A DNA stretch of 35,979 nt from Bacillales bacterium UBA660 (lineage in GTDB: Bacteria; Bacillota_I; Bacilli_A; RF39; UBA660): the NCBI GenBank assembly GCA_002299475.1, contig DBNY01000008.1, positions 17,595-53,573 on the forward strand, given 5' to 3'. The number at the start of each line of letters is the position of its first letter. Positions within the stretch are counted from its first letter, which is position 1. Of the stretch, positions 1-8,873 are shown one piece after another. The position numbers and the translations under genes are program-made. Below the pieces are notes generated by a model. The model did no database searches. It was not told where the DNA came from and worked only from the letters and a program-made list of their open reading frames with translations.

Positions 1-44
1 TACCGCGTATAAACGTCCTTATAATTTAAGGGCGTATTATTTTT
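1..44 (+). promoter_or_regulatory. 3' end of T-box riboswitch leader (antiterminator tail plus terminator) upstream of tyrS; truncated by window edge
   Basis: Window starts with TACCGCG, the 3' part of the T-box consensus GGTGGTACCGCG. It is followed by hairpin ACGTCCTTA(13-21)/TAAGGGCGT(27-35) and a T-rich tail, directly upstream of an aminoacyl-tRNA synthetase. Confidence 0.8.
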
Positions 45-61
45 ATAGAAAGGATGATATT

Positions 62-1288
62 ATGACAAATATTTATAAGTTTTTAGAAGAAAGAGGTTAT
101 ATTTACCAGCAAACAAATGAATCAGAATTAAAAGGCAAATTATCTAGCGAAGAGAAAATTACCTTCTATTTAGGGGTTGATCCTACAGCCAACAGTCTAC
201 ATATTGGTCATTTTTTTGCCTTAATGATTTTTAGATATCTACAAGAAGCGGGACATAAAGGAATATTATTGATCGGCGGAGCAACAGCCATGATACCTGA
301 CCCAACAGGCAAACAGGAGTTAAGGAAGATATTAAGTGAAGAAGATATTAATAAAAATATTGAAGAGGTAGGACTTCTATGTAAAAGATTTATTATTTCA
401 GAAGGAAATAATGCAGCGATTATTGTTAATAATGCTAATTGGATAAACAATAAGAAATATATTAGTTTTATGAGAGAGGTAGGGATCCATTTTAATGTTA
501 ATAAAATGCTATCTACTGAAGCATATAAAAAAAGATTAGAAGAGGGTGGCTTAACATTCTTAGAAATGGGCTACATGTTAATGCAAGCATATGATTTTGT
601 TTATTTAAACAAAGAATATAATTGTATATTACAAATTGGTGGTAGTGATCAGTGGTCTAATATATTAGCTGGATGTGATTTGGCAAGAAAAATGATGCAG
701 AAAGAATTATTTGGATTAACTTGCCCGCTACTTGTTAATAGTGATGGCGAGAAAATGGGTAAAACATCTAGGGGGGCTTTATGGGTTGCTAGAGAGAAAA
801 CCTCTGTATTTGATTTTTATCAATATTGGATTAATGTTTCAGATAAAGATGTTTTATCAATGTTAAGGTTGTTAACCAAAATAGATTTAGATGCCATTGA
901 AAAGATGTGTAAAGAAGATATAGTAAAAGCTAAAAAGATAATGGCTTATGAAGTAACTAAAGTGGTTCATGGCGAAGTGGAAGCCTTAAATGCAAAAAAG
1001 ACATCTGAGCAGTTATTTGTGAATAAAGAGGATGATGTTAATATGCCAACCATTAGGTTGAATTTAGAAAACAGTAATATTAATATAATAGATTTATTAT
1101 TATGTAGTAATTTAGTTTCTTCTAAATCAGAGGCAAGAAGATTAATTGAGCAAGGTGGCATTAGTATTGATAATAAAAAAATATTTGATATAAATGAAAT
1201 TATTGATTTGACTCAAATATTAAAAGGTTATCTTATTGTCCAAAAGGGTAAAAAGGCCTTCTTGAAAATAGAATTTTTAGTGAAATAG
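62..1288 (+). CDS. tyrS: tyrosine--tRNA ligase
   Basis: GVDPTANSLHIGH (HIGH motif), QIGGSDQWSN, KMGKT, and C-terminal S4-like SKSEARRLIEQGGI. Confidence 0.98.
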   Translation: MTNIYKFLEERGYIYQQTNESELKGKLSSEEKITFYLGVDPTANSLHIGHFFALMIFRYLQEAGHKGILLIGGATAMIPDPTGKQELRKILSEEDINKNIEEVGLLCKRFIISEGNNAAIIVNNANWINNKKYISFMREVGIHFNVNKMLSTEAYKKRLEEGGLTFLEMGYMLMQAYDFVYLNKEYNCILQIGGSDQWSNILAGCDLARKMMQKELFGLTCPLLVNSDGEKMGKTSRGALWVAREKTSVFDFYQYWINVSDKDVLSMLRLLTKIDLDAIEKMCKEDIVKAKKIMAYEVTKVVHGEVEALNAKKTSEQLFVNKEDDVNMPTIRLNLENSNINIIDLLLCSNLVSSKSEARRLIEQGGISIDNKKIFDINEIIDLTQILKGYLIVQKGKKAFLKIEFLVK

Positions 1289-1340
1289 TGGTATAAAAAA
1301 TAAAAAGGTGATATAATTAATAATAGAGGAGGAGATTATA

Positions 1341-1685
1341 ATGAACTTATTCTGCGAGAAAAAAAACATTTTCTTGAAAATAATGAACGGCCTATTCTTA
1401 ATTTGGTTGATTACTGCTTTAATTATATTGTTTGCAAATGTTATTAATGTTTTAATGCCAGATCCATCATTAAACTATGAGGAATTTAAAGCCACAAATT
1501 GTCATTATATGATTAAAGAAGCAAATGAAGAAGATGATGAGGAAGAATGTTTAAGGCAATATGATATTTCTAAAATGAACAGAAGGATTAATCTATATCA
1601 TAATACTAGAAATTCATTAATTGCTTTAGGTAATATTATAATAATAGGGTCGACAATGATATTTTTAAATAAAAAAGAGAAATAA
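1341..1685 (+). CDS. hypothetical two-TM membrane protein with acidic, two-Cys loop
   Basis: RBS AGAGGAGGAG; extended -10 TGATATAAT at 1309-1317; two hydrophobic segments flanking the loop EEFKATNC...EEECLRQYD. Confidence 0.75.
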   Translation: MNLFCEKKNIFLKIMNGLFLIWLITALIILFANVINVLMPDPSLNYEEFKATNCHYMIKEANEEDDEEECLRQYDISKMNRRINLYHNTRNSLIALGNIIIIGSTMIFLNKKEK

Positions 1686-1715
1686 ATCTAATTAAACAAT
1701 GTATTTAAAAATAAT

Positions 1716-1760
1716 AAAAAATAGAGATTTCAGTATTCAAACTGATTCTCTATTTTATTT
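1716..1760. terminator. bidirectional intrinsic terminator between convergent genes
   Basis: AAAATAGAGATTTCAGT...ACTGATTCTCTATTTT inverted repeat flanked by A and T runs. Confidence 0.75.
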
Positions 1761-1779
1761 TGGCTAGTTTTTGATGCAA

Positions 1780-2382
1780 TTATCTGCTGTAATATTCTAC
1801 AATCATTGCCTCATTAATATCAGCACTTAATTCATTTCTTTCAGGTAATCTTACGTATGTTGCTTCTTTTTTAGTATCATCATAATTAATATATGATACT
1901 CTATTGGTTTGTTGTTCTAGTGAACTAATAATTAATGCATGTTCTTTAAAATCATCTTTAATACCAATGACTGATCCTATTTTAACTCTATATGATGGTA
2001 TATCAATTTTTTTACCATTAACTAAAATATGACCATGATTTACCAATTGTCTTGCTGCTCTTCTAGTCCTAGCAAAACCAATACGGTAAACTAAATTATC
2101 AAGACGACTTTCCAATAGTTTTAAAAAATCCTCTCCGTGAATTCCTTTTAATTTGCTTGATTCTTCGAATGTTTTATGGAATTGACGTTCATTTAATCCA
2201 TACATAAATTTAACTTTTTGTTTTTCTAATAATTGAACGCCATAGTTAGATAACTTATTTTTCTTAGCATTTCCATGTTGTCCAGGTCCATAAGGTTTTT
2301 TAACTAACTCTTTTCCATTTTCTAAAGTTGAAAAACCAACTCTACGTGATTTTTTGTAACTTGGTCCAGTATATCTAGACAT
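1780..2382 (-). CDS. rpsD: 30S ribosomal protein S4
   Basis: MSRYTGPSYKKSRR, PGQHG, LESRLDNLVYRIGFARTRRAARQLVNHGH, IVEYYSR. Confidence 0.99.
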   Translation of the reverse strand: MSRYTGPSYKKSRRVGFSTLENGKELVKKPYGPGQHGNAKKNKLSNYGVQLLEKQKVKFMYGLNERQFHKTFEESSKLKGIHGEDFLKLLESRLDNLVYRIGFARTRRAARQLVNHGHILVNGKKIDIPSYRVKIGSVIGIKDDFKEHALIISSLEQQTNRVSYINYDDTKKEATYVRLPERNELSADINEAMIVEYYSR

Positions 2383-2548
2383 TATATTCCCTCCTTCTTC
2401 TAATGCTTAAACAAGGACGGTTAAAAAGTCAATTTATAGGGTGTTTGTAATTATATATCTTCGCTTAACAGCAACAGTTACACGATATAACCAATTTTGG
2501 TAACAAACACGTTATAAATTTCTTAATAACGCTGTCATTTGAATACGC
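2383..2548 (-). promoter_or_regulatory. rpsD 5' leader, probable S4-binding autoregulatory RNA
   Basis: About 165-nt leader. On the minus strand it reads GACAGC...TATCGTGTAACTGTTGCTGTTAAGCGAAGATA, matching the CGUGUAAC..GCUG..GCGAAG core recalled from the Bacillus rpsD leader. Confidence 0.7.
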
Positions 2549-2554
2549 ATTACA

Positions 2555-2583
2555 ATTATATTATTAAATATTAGTATAGTCAA
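2555..2583 (-). promoter_or_regulatory. sigma-A promoter of rpsD
   Basis: Minus strand TTGACT (2583-2578), 17-nt spacer, TATAAT (2560-2555). Confidence 0.8.
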
Positions 2584-2702
2584 TAAAAATTTATGTTGTA
2601 TCCTTTGTAAATAAGCAAAAGTTTTATATAAAGATAAAAAAATATAGAAAATGCTAAAAAATATGGTAAAATAAAATCAATGGTATTAATGGGGTGAAGA
2701 TA

Positions 2703-4427
2703 GTGAACAATGTAGTATTGTTAATGTGGTTTTATTATATATTAGCAGTTGTATTAATAATAATTGTTTTAAGTTTAATTCAAAAGTTTAAAATTGATAA
2801 ATACAAGAAAGAGATTGATGATTTAGAAAAAGAAAAAAATTTAATAACTAGTATACCGATATTGTCTGAACTTTCTAAAATAGAAACAATTGTTAAAAAT
2901 GAAAAATTAGAGGGAAAATATAATGAGTGGCATAGTCGTTTTAATTATATTAAAATTGAAAGCGTAACCAAAATTTCTGATATGTTACTAGATTTAGATT
3001 ATTTAATGGAGCAAAAAGATTATTCTAGTCTTATTTATAAGATAGCTAAAGTAGAAATGGAAATTTATAAGGTTAGAACTCAAACTAATTTATTATTGGG
3101 CGAGATTAAAGAAATCACTTTAAGCGAGGAAAAAAACAGAAATATAATTACCAAATTAAAAGTGATATATAGGGATTTGGTTAGCAAATTTAATAATAAT
3201 AAGGCCGATTATGGTGAACTAATAAAACCCATTGAGTTACAGTTTGAAAACATACAAAAAAGATTTCAAGAATTTGAACAACAGATGGAAAATAATAATT
3301 ATGATGAGGTTTTACTCATTGTTAAATCATTAGATGAAATGATTAATAATATGAGTATTATTATTGAGGAAGCACCAAGTATTATATTAATGACAAGAAT
3401 TCTAATTCCAAAGAAAATTGATGAAGTTGATAACTTATATAATAAGATGAAAAAGGACGGGTATCAATTAAGTTATTTAAATATTGAATATAATATTAGT
3501 GAAGTAAATAAAAAAATTAATAATATTTTAGATAGGGTGAAAGTACTTAATTTTGAAGATAGTTTGTTTGATTTAAAAACCATGCTTGATTATTTTGATT
3601 CTTTATTTAATGATTTTGAAAATGAAAAGATAAATAGAAGTGCCTTTGAAGAAAACATTAACAATTTTAAAAATAAGTTCAATAAGTTAAATAAAATTGT
3701 TTCTGATATATATAGACAAATAGAGAATTTAAAAAATAGTTATGATTTGTCTAATGATGAATTATTGGGTGCTGAAAATATTAATAAAGAAATTAATATT
3801 TTAAATAGTGATTTTAATAATTTATTAGAACATAAAAAAAACAATACATGGCCTTATTCACAATTAAATAAAGAGTTAGAGCATCTTAATATTAAATTAA
3901 TTAAAATAGAAGATAATATTGATAGCAAATTGCAATCATTAGGAAGTATGCATGAAGATGAGATTAGAGCAAGAGAACAACTTGAAGATATCAAAGTGCT
4001 TCTTAATAAAGCAAAAGGGAAGATTAGAAATTATAAATTGCCAGTAGTTCCTAATAGTTATTATATCCAATTAAAAGAAGTTAGTGAATCAATTCGAAAT
4101 ATAGTTGTTGAATTAGAAAGAAAACCGATTACTATTAAAGTATTAAATATTAGAGTTGATACTGCAAGAGATTTGGTATTAAAATTATATAATAACACTA
4201 ACGAAATGGCGAAGACGGCTATGTTGGTTGAAATGGCAATTGTATATGGAAATAGGTACAAAAGTCTTAAATTACAGGTTGATCAGGGTTTGAATAATGC
4301 AGAGATATTATTTAATAAGGGCGATTATAAATCAGCATTAGAAGCATCCATAAATGCTATTGATTTAGTGGAACCTGGGATATATCAAAGATTATTAAAT
4401 ATATATAGTGTTGAATATAAAAATTAG
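2703..4427 (+). CDS. ezrA: septation ring formation regulator EzrA
   Basis: Single N-terminal TM, long coiled coil, C-terminal AIVYGNRY (QNR-patch equivalent) and IDLVEPG; lies next to rpsD and nifS-thiI as in Bacillus. Start moved to GTG 2703 after RBS GGGGTG (track start 2694). Confidence 0.92.
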   Translation: MNNVVLLMWFYYILAVVLIIIVLSLIQKFKIDKYKKEIDDLEKEKNLITSIPILSELSKIETIVKNEKLEGKYNEWHSRFNYIKIESVTKISDMLLDLDYLMEQKDYSSLIYKIAKVEMEIYKVRTQTNLLLGEIKEITLSEEKNRNIITKLKVIYRDLVSKFNNNKADYGELIKPIELQFENIQKRFQEFEQQMENNNYDEVLLIVKSLDEMINNMSIIIEEAPSIILMTRILIPKKIDEVDNLYNKMKKDGYQLSYLNIEYNISEVNKKINNILDRVKVLNFEDSLFDLKTMLDYFDSLFNDFENEKINRSAFEENINNFKNKFNKLNKIVSDIYRQIENLKNSYDLSNDELLGAENINKEINILNSDFNNLLEHKKNNTWPYSQLNKELEHLNIKLIKIEDNIDSKLQSLGSMHEDEIRAREQLEDIKVLLNKAKGKIRNYKLPVVPNSYYIQLKEVSESIRNIVVELERKPITIKVLNIRVDTARDLVLKLYNNTNEMAKTAMLVEMAIVYGNRYKSLKLQVDQGLNNAEILFNKGDYKSALEASINAIDLVEPGIYQRLLNIYSVEYKN

Positions 4428-4452
4428 TAATATTAATTGATATTACTTTTTT
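4426..4452 (+). terminator. probable intrinsic terminator after ezrA
   Basis: AGTAATAT-taattg-ATATTACT followed by a T run; AT-rich stem. Confidence 0.5.
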
Positions 4453-4582
4453 GTGGTTAATTATGATTAGAGTGAATAAAAAATTAATTTAGAAGAATTA
4501 TAAAGTATGATATTATTTATATGAATTTAGTGATATTTTAATAATTAAATAAATAGAAAAGATAGATGTAGGGGTGTTTAGA

Positions 4583-5722
4583 ATGATATATTTAGATTAT
4601 AGTGCAACTACGCCGGTTGATTTAGAAGTTTTATCATCTTTTGCTCTAGTATCGAAAGAATATATAGGTAATCCTAATTCGTTGCATAGATTAGGGATAG
4701 ATAGTAGTGCTTTAATGAATAATGCAATTGAGCAAATGGCTTCATTATTAAATGTAAAAAAAGAATCTTTAATATTTACTAGTGGTGCTACTGAATCTAA
4801 TAATTTAGCCATTAAAGGAATTTGTAATAAATATCAAAACAGAGGCAGACATATAATAACTAGCAAACTAGAACATTCTTCAGTTGCTGAAGTAATGAAA
4901 CATTTAAGTACTTTAGGATTTGATATTTCTTATGTCAATATTTTAGATAGCGGTATTATAGATATAGAACATTTAAAAGAATTAATAAGAGATGATACTA
5001 TATTAGTATCTATATGTCATGTGAATAGTGAGTTGGGGATTATGCAACCAATAAATGTAATAGGTGATATCTTAAAGCAATATCCTAAGATATTTTTTCA
5101 TGTTGATGGTACACAGGCGATTGGTAAAATAAAAGTTGATTTAACTAATATTGATTTATATAGTTCCTCAGCGCATAAAATATATGGCTTAAAGGGGATA
5201 GGACTTCTTTATAAAAAAGAAAAGATTGTATTAGAAAATTTAATTCATGGCGGTAAAAGTTTAAGTGTGCACAGAGCTGGTACGCCTCCGCTTCCATTAA
5301 TTGTATCATTTTCAAAAGCATTAAGACTTAGCATGGTCGATATTGATGATAGATATAATTATGTTTTAAGATTAAATAATTTATTAAAAGAAAAGTTATT
5401 GAAATATAAATATGTAACTATTAATAGCAATGATAAATGTATACCGCATATATTAAATATTAGTTTATTAGGAGTAAAATCAGAAACATTAATGCACGCA
5501 TTAGAAAAACATGATGTTTATGTTTCGGCTCAAAGTGCTTGTTCTAATATAAATGAGATATCAATAACTTTAATGGCAATATATAATGATGAAAAAAGAG
5601 CGTTATCTTCAATTAGAATTAGCATTTCGCATATAACTACGATGGAAGAAGTCGAATTATTTTTGAAATATTTTGATATTGAATATAAAACACTAGAGTT
5701 TATGATGGGAGAAAGAATATGA
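4583..5722 (+). CDS. iscS: cysteine desulfurase (IscS/NifS family; NifZ-like partner of ThiI)
   Basis: IYLDYSATTP, GNPNSLH, FTSGATESNN, SAHKIYG (PLP lysine), SAQSACS (catalytic Cys); coupled to thiI. Start at ATG 4583 after RBS GGGGTG. Confidence 0.93.
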   Translation: MIYLDYSATTPVDLEVLSSFALVSKEYIGNPNSLHRLGIDSSALMNNAIEQMASLLNVKKESLIFTSGATESNNLAIKGICNKYQNRGRHIITSKLEHSSVAEVMKHLSTLGFDISYVNILDSGIIDIEHLKELIRDDTILVSICHVNSELGIMQPINVIGDILKQYPKIFFHVDGTQAIGKIKVDLTNIDLYSSSAHKIYGLKGIGLLYKKEKIVLENLIHGGKSLSVHRAGTPPLPLIVSFSKALRLSMVDIDDRYNYVLRLNNLLKEKLLKYKYVTINSNDKCIPHILNISLLGVKSETLMHALEKHDVYVSAQSACSNINEISITLMAIYNDEKRALSSIRISISHITTMEEVELFLKYFDIEYKTLEFMMGERI

Positions 5723-6906
5723 AACAAATAATATTGATAAAATATGGTGAATTAACTACTAAGAAGGGGCATACAAAATACTTTATTAATTGTTTATATA
5801 AAAATATTAACCATAAATTAAAGGGTATAAGTGTTAGTATCAAACTTGAAATGAAGAGAATGTTTATTGAACTTGATGATAAGGATTTAGATATTGTATT
5901 AGATAGATTAAAATATATATTTGGTATTCATGCTATTGTAGTATGTAGTAAAGTTGAAAATAATATTGATGATATTAAGAAAAAAGCATTGGAATTAATG
6001 AAAAAGGAGGTTTTTACTAGTTTTAAAGTACAAACTAAAAGAAGTTATAAAAATTTCAGTTTAAATAGTCTTGAGATTAACAAATTGATGGGAACTTATA
6101 TATTAGAAAATATTGCTAATATAAAGGTAAATGTTCATAATCCTGATATTTTAATTAATATAGAAATAAGAAATAGTAATACATATATTTATGTTGACGA
6201 AATAAAAGGATTAGGAGGTTATCCTGTTGGAATTTTAGGAAAGGGAATGCTAATGTTAAGCGGAGGAATAGATTCTCCTGTGGCGGGGTATTTAGCCATG
6301 AAAAGAGGAGTAGAATTAGAATGTATTTATTTTGAATCTATTCCACATACTAGTATTGAAGCACGAAATAAAGTAATAAATTTAATTAAAAAATTAACTA
6401 TGTATACTAGAAAAATAACTTTACATATTGTTCCTTTTACACAGTTGCAAGAAACGATATATAAAAATATTGATTCTAAATATATGATAACCATTATGAG
6501 AAGAATGATGTATAGAATTACTGAGATCTTAGCAAAAAAAACAAAATCGTTAATAATTATTAACGGTGAAAATATAGGTCAAGTAGCAAGCCAAACGTTA
6601 GAAAGTATTAACGTTATTAATGAGGTAACCAATATGCCAATAATAAGGCCTGTTAGTTGTATGGATAAATTAGAAATTATTGCTATTGCTAAAAAAATAA
6701 ATACTTATAATATTAGTATTTTACCTTACCAAGATTGCTGTACTGTTTTTGTGCCAGAACATCCTATAGTAAAGCCGCAATTAAAAGATGTATTAGAGAT
6801 GGAAGAAAGTTTTAATTATCAAAATTTAATAGATAAATGTTTAAATGATATAATAACTATTAAAATTGATGATTCACAAGCATCTATGCAAGATGACTTG
6901 TTATAG
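5719..6906 (+). CDS. thiI: tRNA 4-thiouridine(8) synthase ThiI
   Basis: KYGELTTK, THUMP domain, PP-loop SGGIDSPVA, GENIGQVASQT, DCC motif; ATGA overlap with the desulfurase. Confidence 0.97.
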   Translation: MKQIILIKYGELTTKKGHTKYFINCLYKNINHKLKGISVSIKLEMKRMFIELDDKDLDIVLDRLKYIFGIHAIVVCSKVENNIDDIKKKALELMKKEVFTSFKVQTKRSYKNFSLNSLEINKLMGTYILENIANIKVNVHNPDILINIEIRNSNTYIYVDEIKGLGGYPVGILGKGMLMLSGGIDSPVAGYLAMKRGVELECIYFESIPHTSIEARNKVINLIKKLTMYTRKITLHIVPFTQLQETIYKNIDSKYMITIMRRMMYRITEILAKKTKSLIIINGENIGQVASQTLESINVINEVTNMPIIRPVSCMDKLEIIAIAKKINTYNISILPYQDCCTVFVPEHPIVKPQLKDVLEMEESFNYQNLIDKCLNDIITIKIDDSQASMQDDLL

Positions 6907-6930
6907 GTATTAATTACCATTAATATATAT

Positions 6931-6959
6931 GTATGTTAACCATTTTTTTTCACATTATA
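6931..6959 (+). promoter_or_regulatory. putative sigma-G (forespore) promoter of the SASP gene
   Basis: GTATG (6931-6935), 17-nt spacer, CATTATA (6953-6959); fits the GNATR-N17/18-CATNNTA consensus. Confidence 0.5.
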
Positions 6960-6983
6960 TAAATGTACAGGAGGTGAGAAAAA

Positions 6984-7226
6984 ATGAATAATAATAGTAA
7001 TAGTAATAGAAATAGAACCATTGTACCAGGTGCTAAGCAAGCTATTGATAAAATGAAATATGAAATAGCTAATGAATTTGGTGTAAATTTAGGACCAGAT
7101 ACTACTTCTAGACAAAATGGTAGTGTTGGTGGGGAAATTACCAGACGTTTAGTTCAAATGGGCGAATCACAAATTGGTGGCTCAGGAGCTGGTGCATATG
7201 GAAGTCAAAATATGCAAAGTAAATAA
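6984..7226 (+). CDS. sspA: alpha/beta-type small acid-soluble spore protein
   Basis: [44 protein letters not shown] with EIANE germination-protease site; RBS AGGAGG; follows thiI as sspA does in B. subtilis. Confidence 0.95.
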   Translation: MNNNSNSNRNRTIVPGAKQAIDKMKYEIANEFGVNLGPDTTSRQNGSVGGEITRRLVQMGESQIGGSGAGAYGSQNMQSK

Positions 7227-7235
7227 TAAAATTAT

Positions 7236-7276
7236 AAAAAAGCAGAGATTTATATTAATTAAAACCCTGCTTTTTA
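7236..7276. terminator. bidirectional terminator between SASP and XRE genes
   Basis: AAAAAGCAG (7237-7245)...CTGCTTTTT (7267-7275). Confidence 0.6.
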
Positions 7277-7495
7277 TTAGTTATTAGTATTTTTCTTGTC
7301 AGTTCTATCTAATATGTAATCAGTAGAAACATTATAGTATTCGGCCAAATCACAAACAACTTTAATTGGAATATCTCTGCCGCCTGTTTCATAGAAAGAG
7401 TAAGTTCTTTGAGAAATATGTAATATCTTGCTTAATTCATCTTGTGTTAAATCGTTGTCCTCTCTTAAATCTTTAATTCTTTTAAGATAGTTCAT
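7277..7495 (-). CDS. XRE-family helix-turn-helix transcriptional regulator
   Basis: RIKDLREDNDLTQDELSKILHISQRTYSFYETGGRDIP...LAEYYNVSTDYIL; RBS GAAGGAAGG. Confidence 0.93.
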   Translation of the reverse strand: MNYLKRIKDLREDNDLTQDELSKILHISQRTYSFYETGGRDIPIKVVCDLAEYYNVSTDYILDRTDKKNTNN

Positions 7496-7527
7496 GCTAT
7501 ACCTTCCTTCTACAAAATATTGTAAAG

Positions 7528-7573
7528 CAGAACAGTTAGCGCCATTGATTTTTAGAACAAATTGTGCTACAAT
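7528..7573 (+). promoter_or_regulatory. sigma-A promoter of pilin gene overlapped by two related operator-like sites
   Basis: TTGATT (7545-7550), 17-nt spacer, TACAAT (7568-7573). Near-palindrome TAGAACAAATTGTGCTA (7553-7569) and related CAGAACAGTTAGCGCCA (7528-7544) share 11/17 positions. Confidence 0.6.
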
Positions 7574-7605
7574 GAAGCCATATTATGAAAGTAAGAGGTG
7601 AATTT

Positions 7606-8481
7606 GTGAGAAAAAAAGGCTTTACTTTAGTAGAATTACTAGCAGTAATAGTAATATTAGGTATAATAATAGCAATAGCTGTACCAAATGTGATAACAGT
7701 AATCAGCAATTCAAGATTAAATAGTTTTAATGTAAGCAGCGAAATGTTGGAAAAAGCAGCAAGAGCATACTTAATTACAAATAATATAACGGTTGCAGTT
7801 GGAACAACAATTGAAATATCGTATAGTGTTATGCTGAGTGCTGGTAGTATAACAAGAATAGTAGACCCAATAAGCAGAAACGAATGCACTAATAGTAGAG
7901 TTTTTGTCACTAATACGGCAGGCAATTTTACTTTTAGAGCGGGCCTAGTATGTGACAATTTTTTAGATATTGATACATATAATCTAGTTGTTAATGGAGA
8001 TTTTACATTGGGCACTACGGGGTGGACTTTTCATCCTGGCGCAGCTTTGGATCCTGCTGCTGGCATTAATAATGGCGCATGTGGAAGAGTGGTTTTTAAT
8101 GGCGTTGTCCCCTCTATAGTGCTACAAAACATCAATGTGGTTGGTGGACGTAGATATTATGGCTATGGATGGTTTAGGCGTGTAGGTAATATTGGCACAG
8201 CGGCAAATCATCAATTTGATATTTTTGCTCCAGGGTTAGAAATGGATTTTGCCATCTTAAATAATAATACATTGCCTCTGGAAAACAACTGGTACCGATT
8301 AACAAATGTAATTGTTGCACCACTGAATGCTTTAGGAGAGTGGAGGTTCTTTAGCCATGCTGTATCTGCCACAATCTTTGGAGACGATCTTATGCTCTTT
8401 GATTTAACCGCAATCTACGGTGCGGGTAATGAGCCAACAACTGCTCAAATGGATAATATCATGCGTAACATGGGGAAGTAG
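7606..8481 (+). CDS. type IV pilin-like protein with C-terminal carbohydrate-binding-like (CBM4/9-type) domain
   Basis: Class III signal RKKG|FTLVELLAVIVILGIIIAIAVP; pilin domain with a Cys pair; then NLVVNGDFTLGTTGW and DLTAIYGAGNEPT. Start GTG 7606 after RBS GAGGTG (track start 7585). Confidence 0.85.
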   Translation: MRKKGFTLVELLAVIVILGIIIAIAVPNVITVISNSRLNSFNVSSEMLEKAARAYLITNNITVAVGTTIEISYSVMLSAGSITRIVDPISRNECTNSRVFVTNTAGNFTFRAGLVCDNFLDIDTYNLVVNGDFTLGTTGWTFHPGAALDPAAGINNGACGRVVFNGVVPSIVLQNINVVGGRRYYGYGWFRRVGNIGTAANHQFDIFAPGLEMDFAILNNNTLPLENNWYRLTNVIVAPLNALGEWRFFSHAVSATIFGDDLMLFDLTAIYGAGNEPTTAQMDNIMRNMGK

Positions 8482-8873
8482 TATTTGTATAAAATCCAAA
8501 TTGCTTTTATAGGATAATAACAATTGTGTGGAAATTTTTAAAAACCTAATTAAATTGGTAATTATATTATCAGTTTTTTTGTGTTATTGATTAAGTGGCA
8601 AGACCTTTCTTTGCTAAATGTTGAGCAGCACCTTTAGGCTTGAAAAGGGTAAAATTGTACAGTAACCGCAATTTGATTAATTTTCAAACCTTAATCATTG
8701 GTTTTGAAATATAAAGCGCGTTTCCTATTCATGTATATAATGGGGTTTCTATTTGTTTGTTTTTATCTTAACTATTTGACATAAGCTTGTATAGCGAACA
8801 ATATGTATCTATAAAAAAAATATCTTATACTGTATAATATATATTAGTTAGAAAAACATTTGGGAGTGATATT

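Noticed and set aside
7553-7569. Palindrome as a LexA box
   Set aside because: Spacing is GAAC-N5-GTGC rather than GAAC-N4-GTTC; better explained as an XRE operator
7611-7617. Poly-A tract in the pilin leader as a phase-variation site
   Set aside because: A6-A9 runs are common throughout this AT-rich window, including in core genes
8482-8873. Intergenic region with an imperfect hairpin (TTTCAAACC...GGTTTTGAAA) and short minus-strand ORFs, as ncRNA or pseudogene
   Set aside because: No recognisable RNA motif, RBS or protein similarity by eye; cannot support a call
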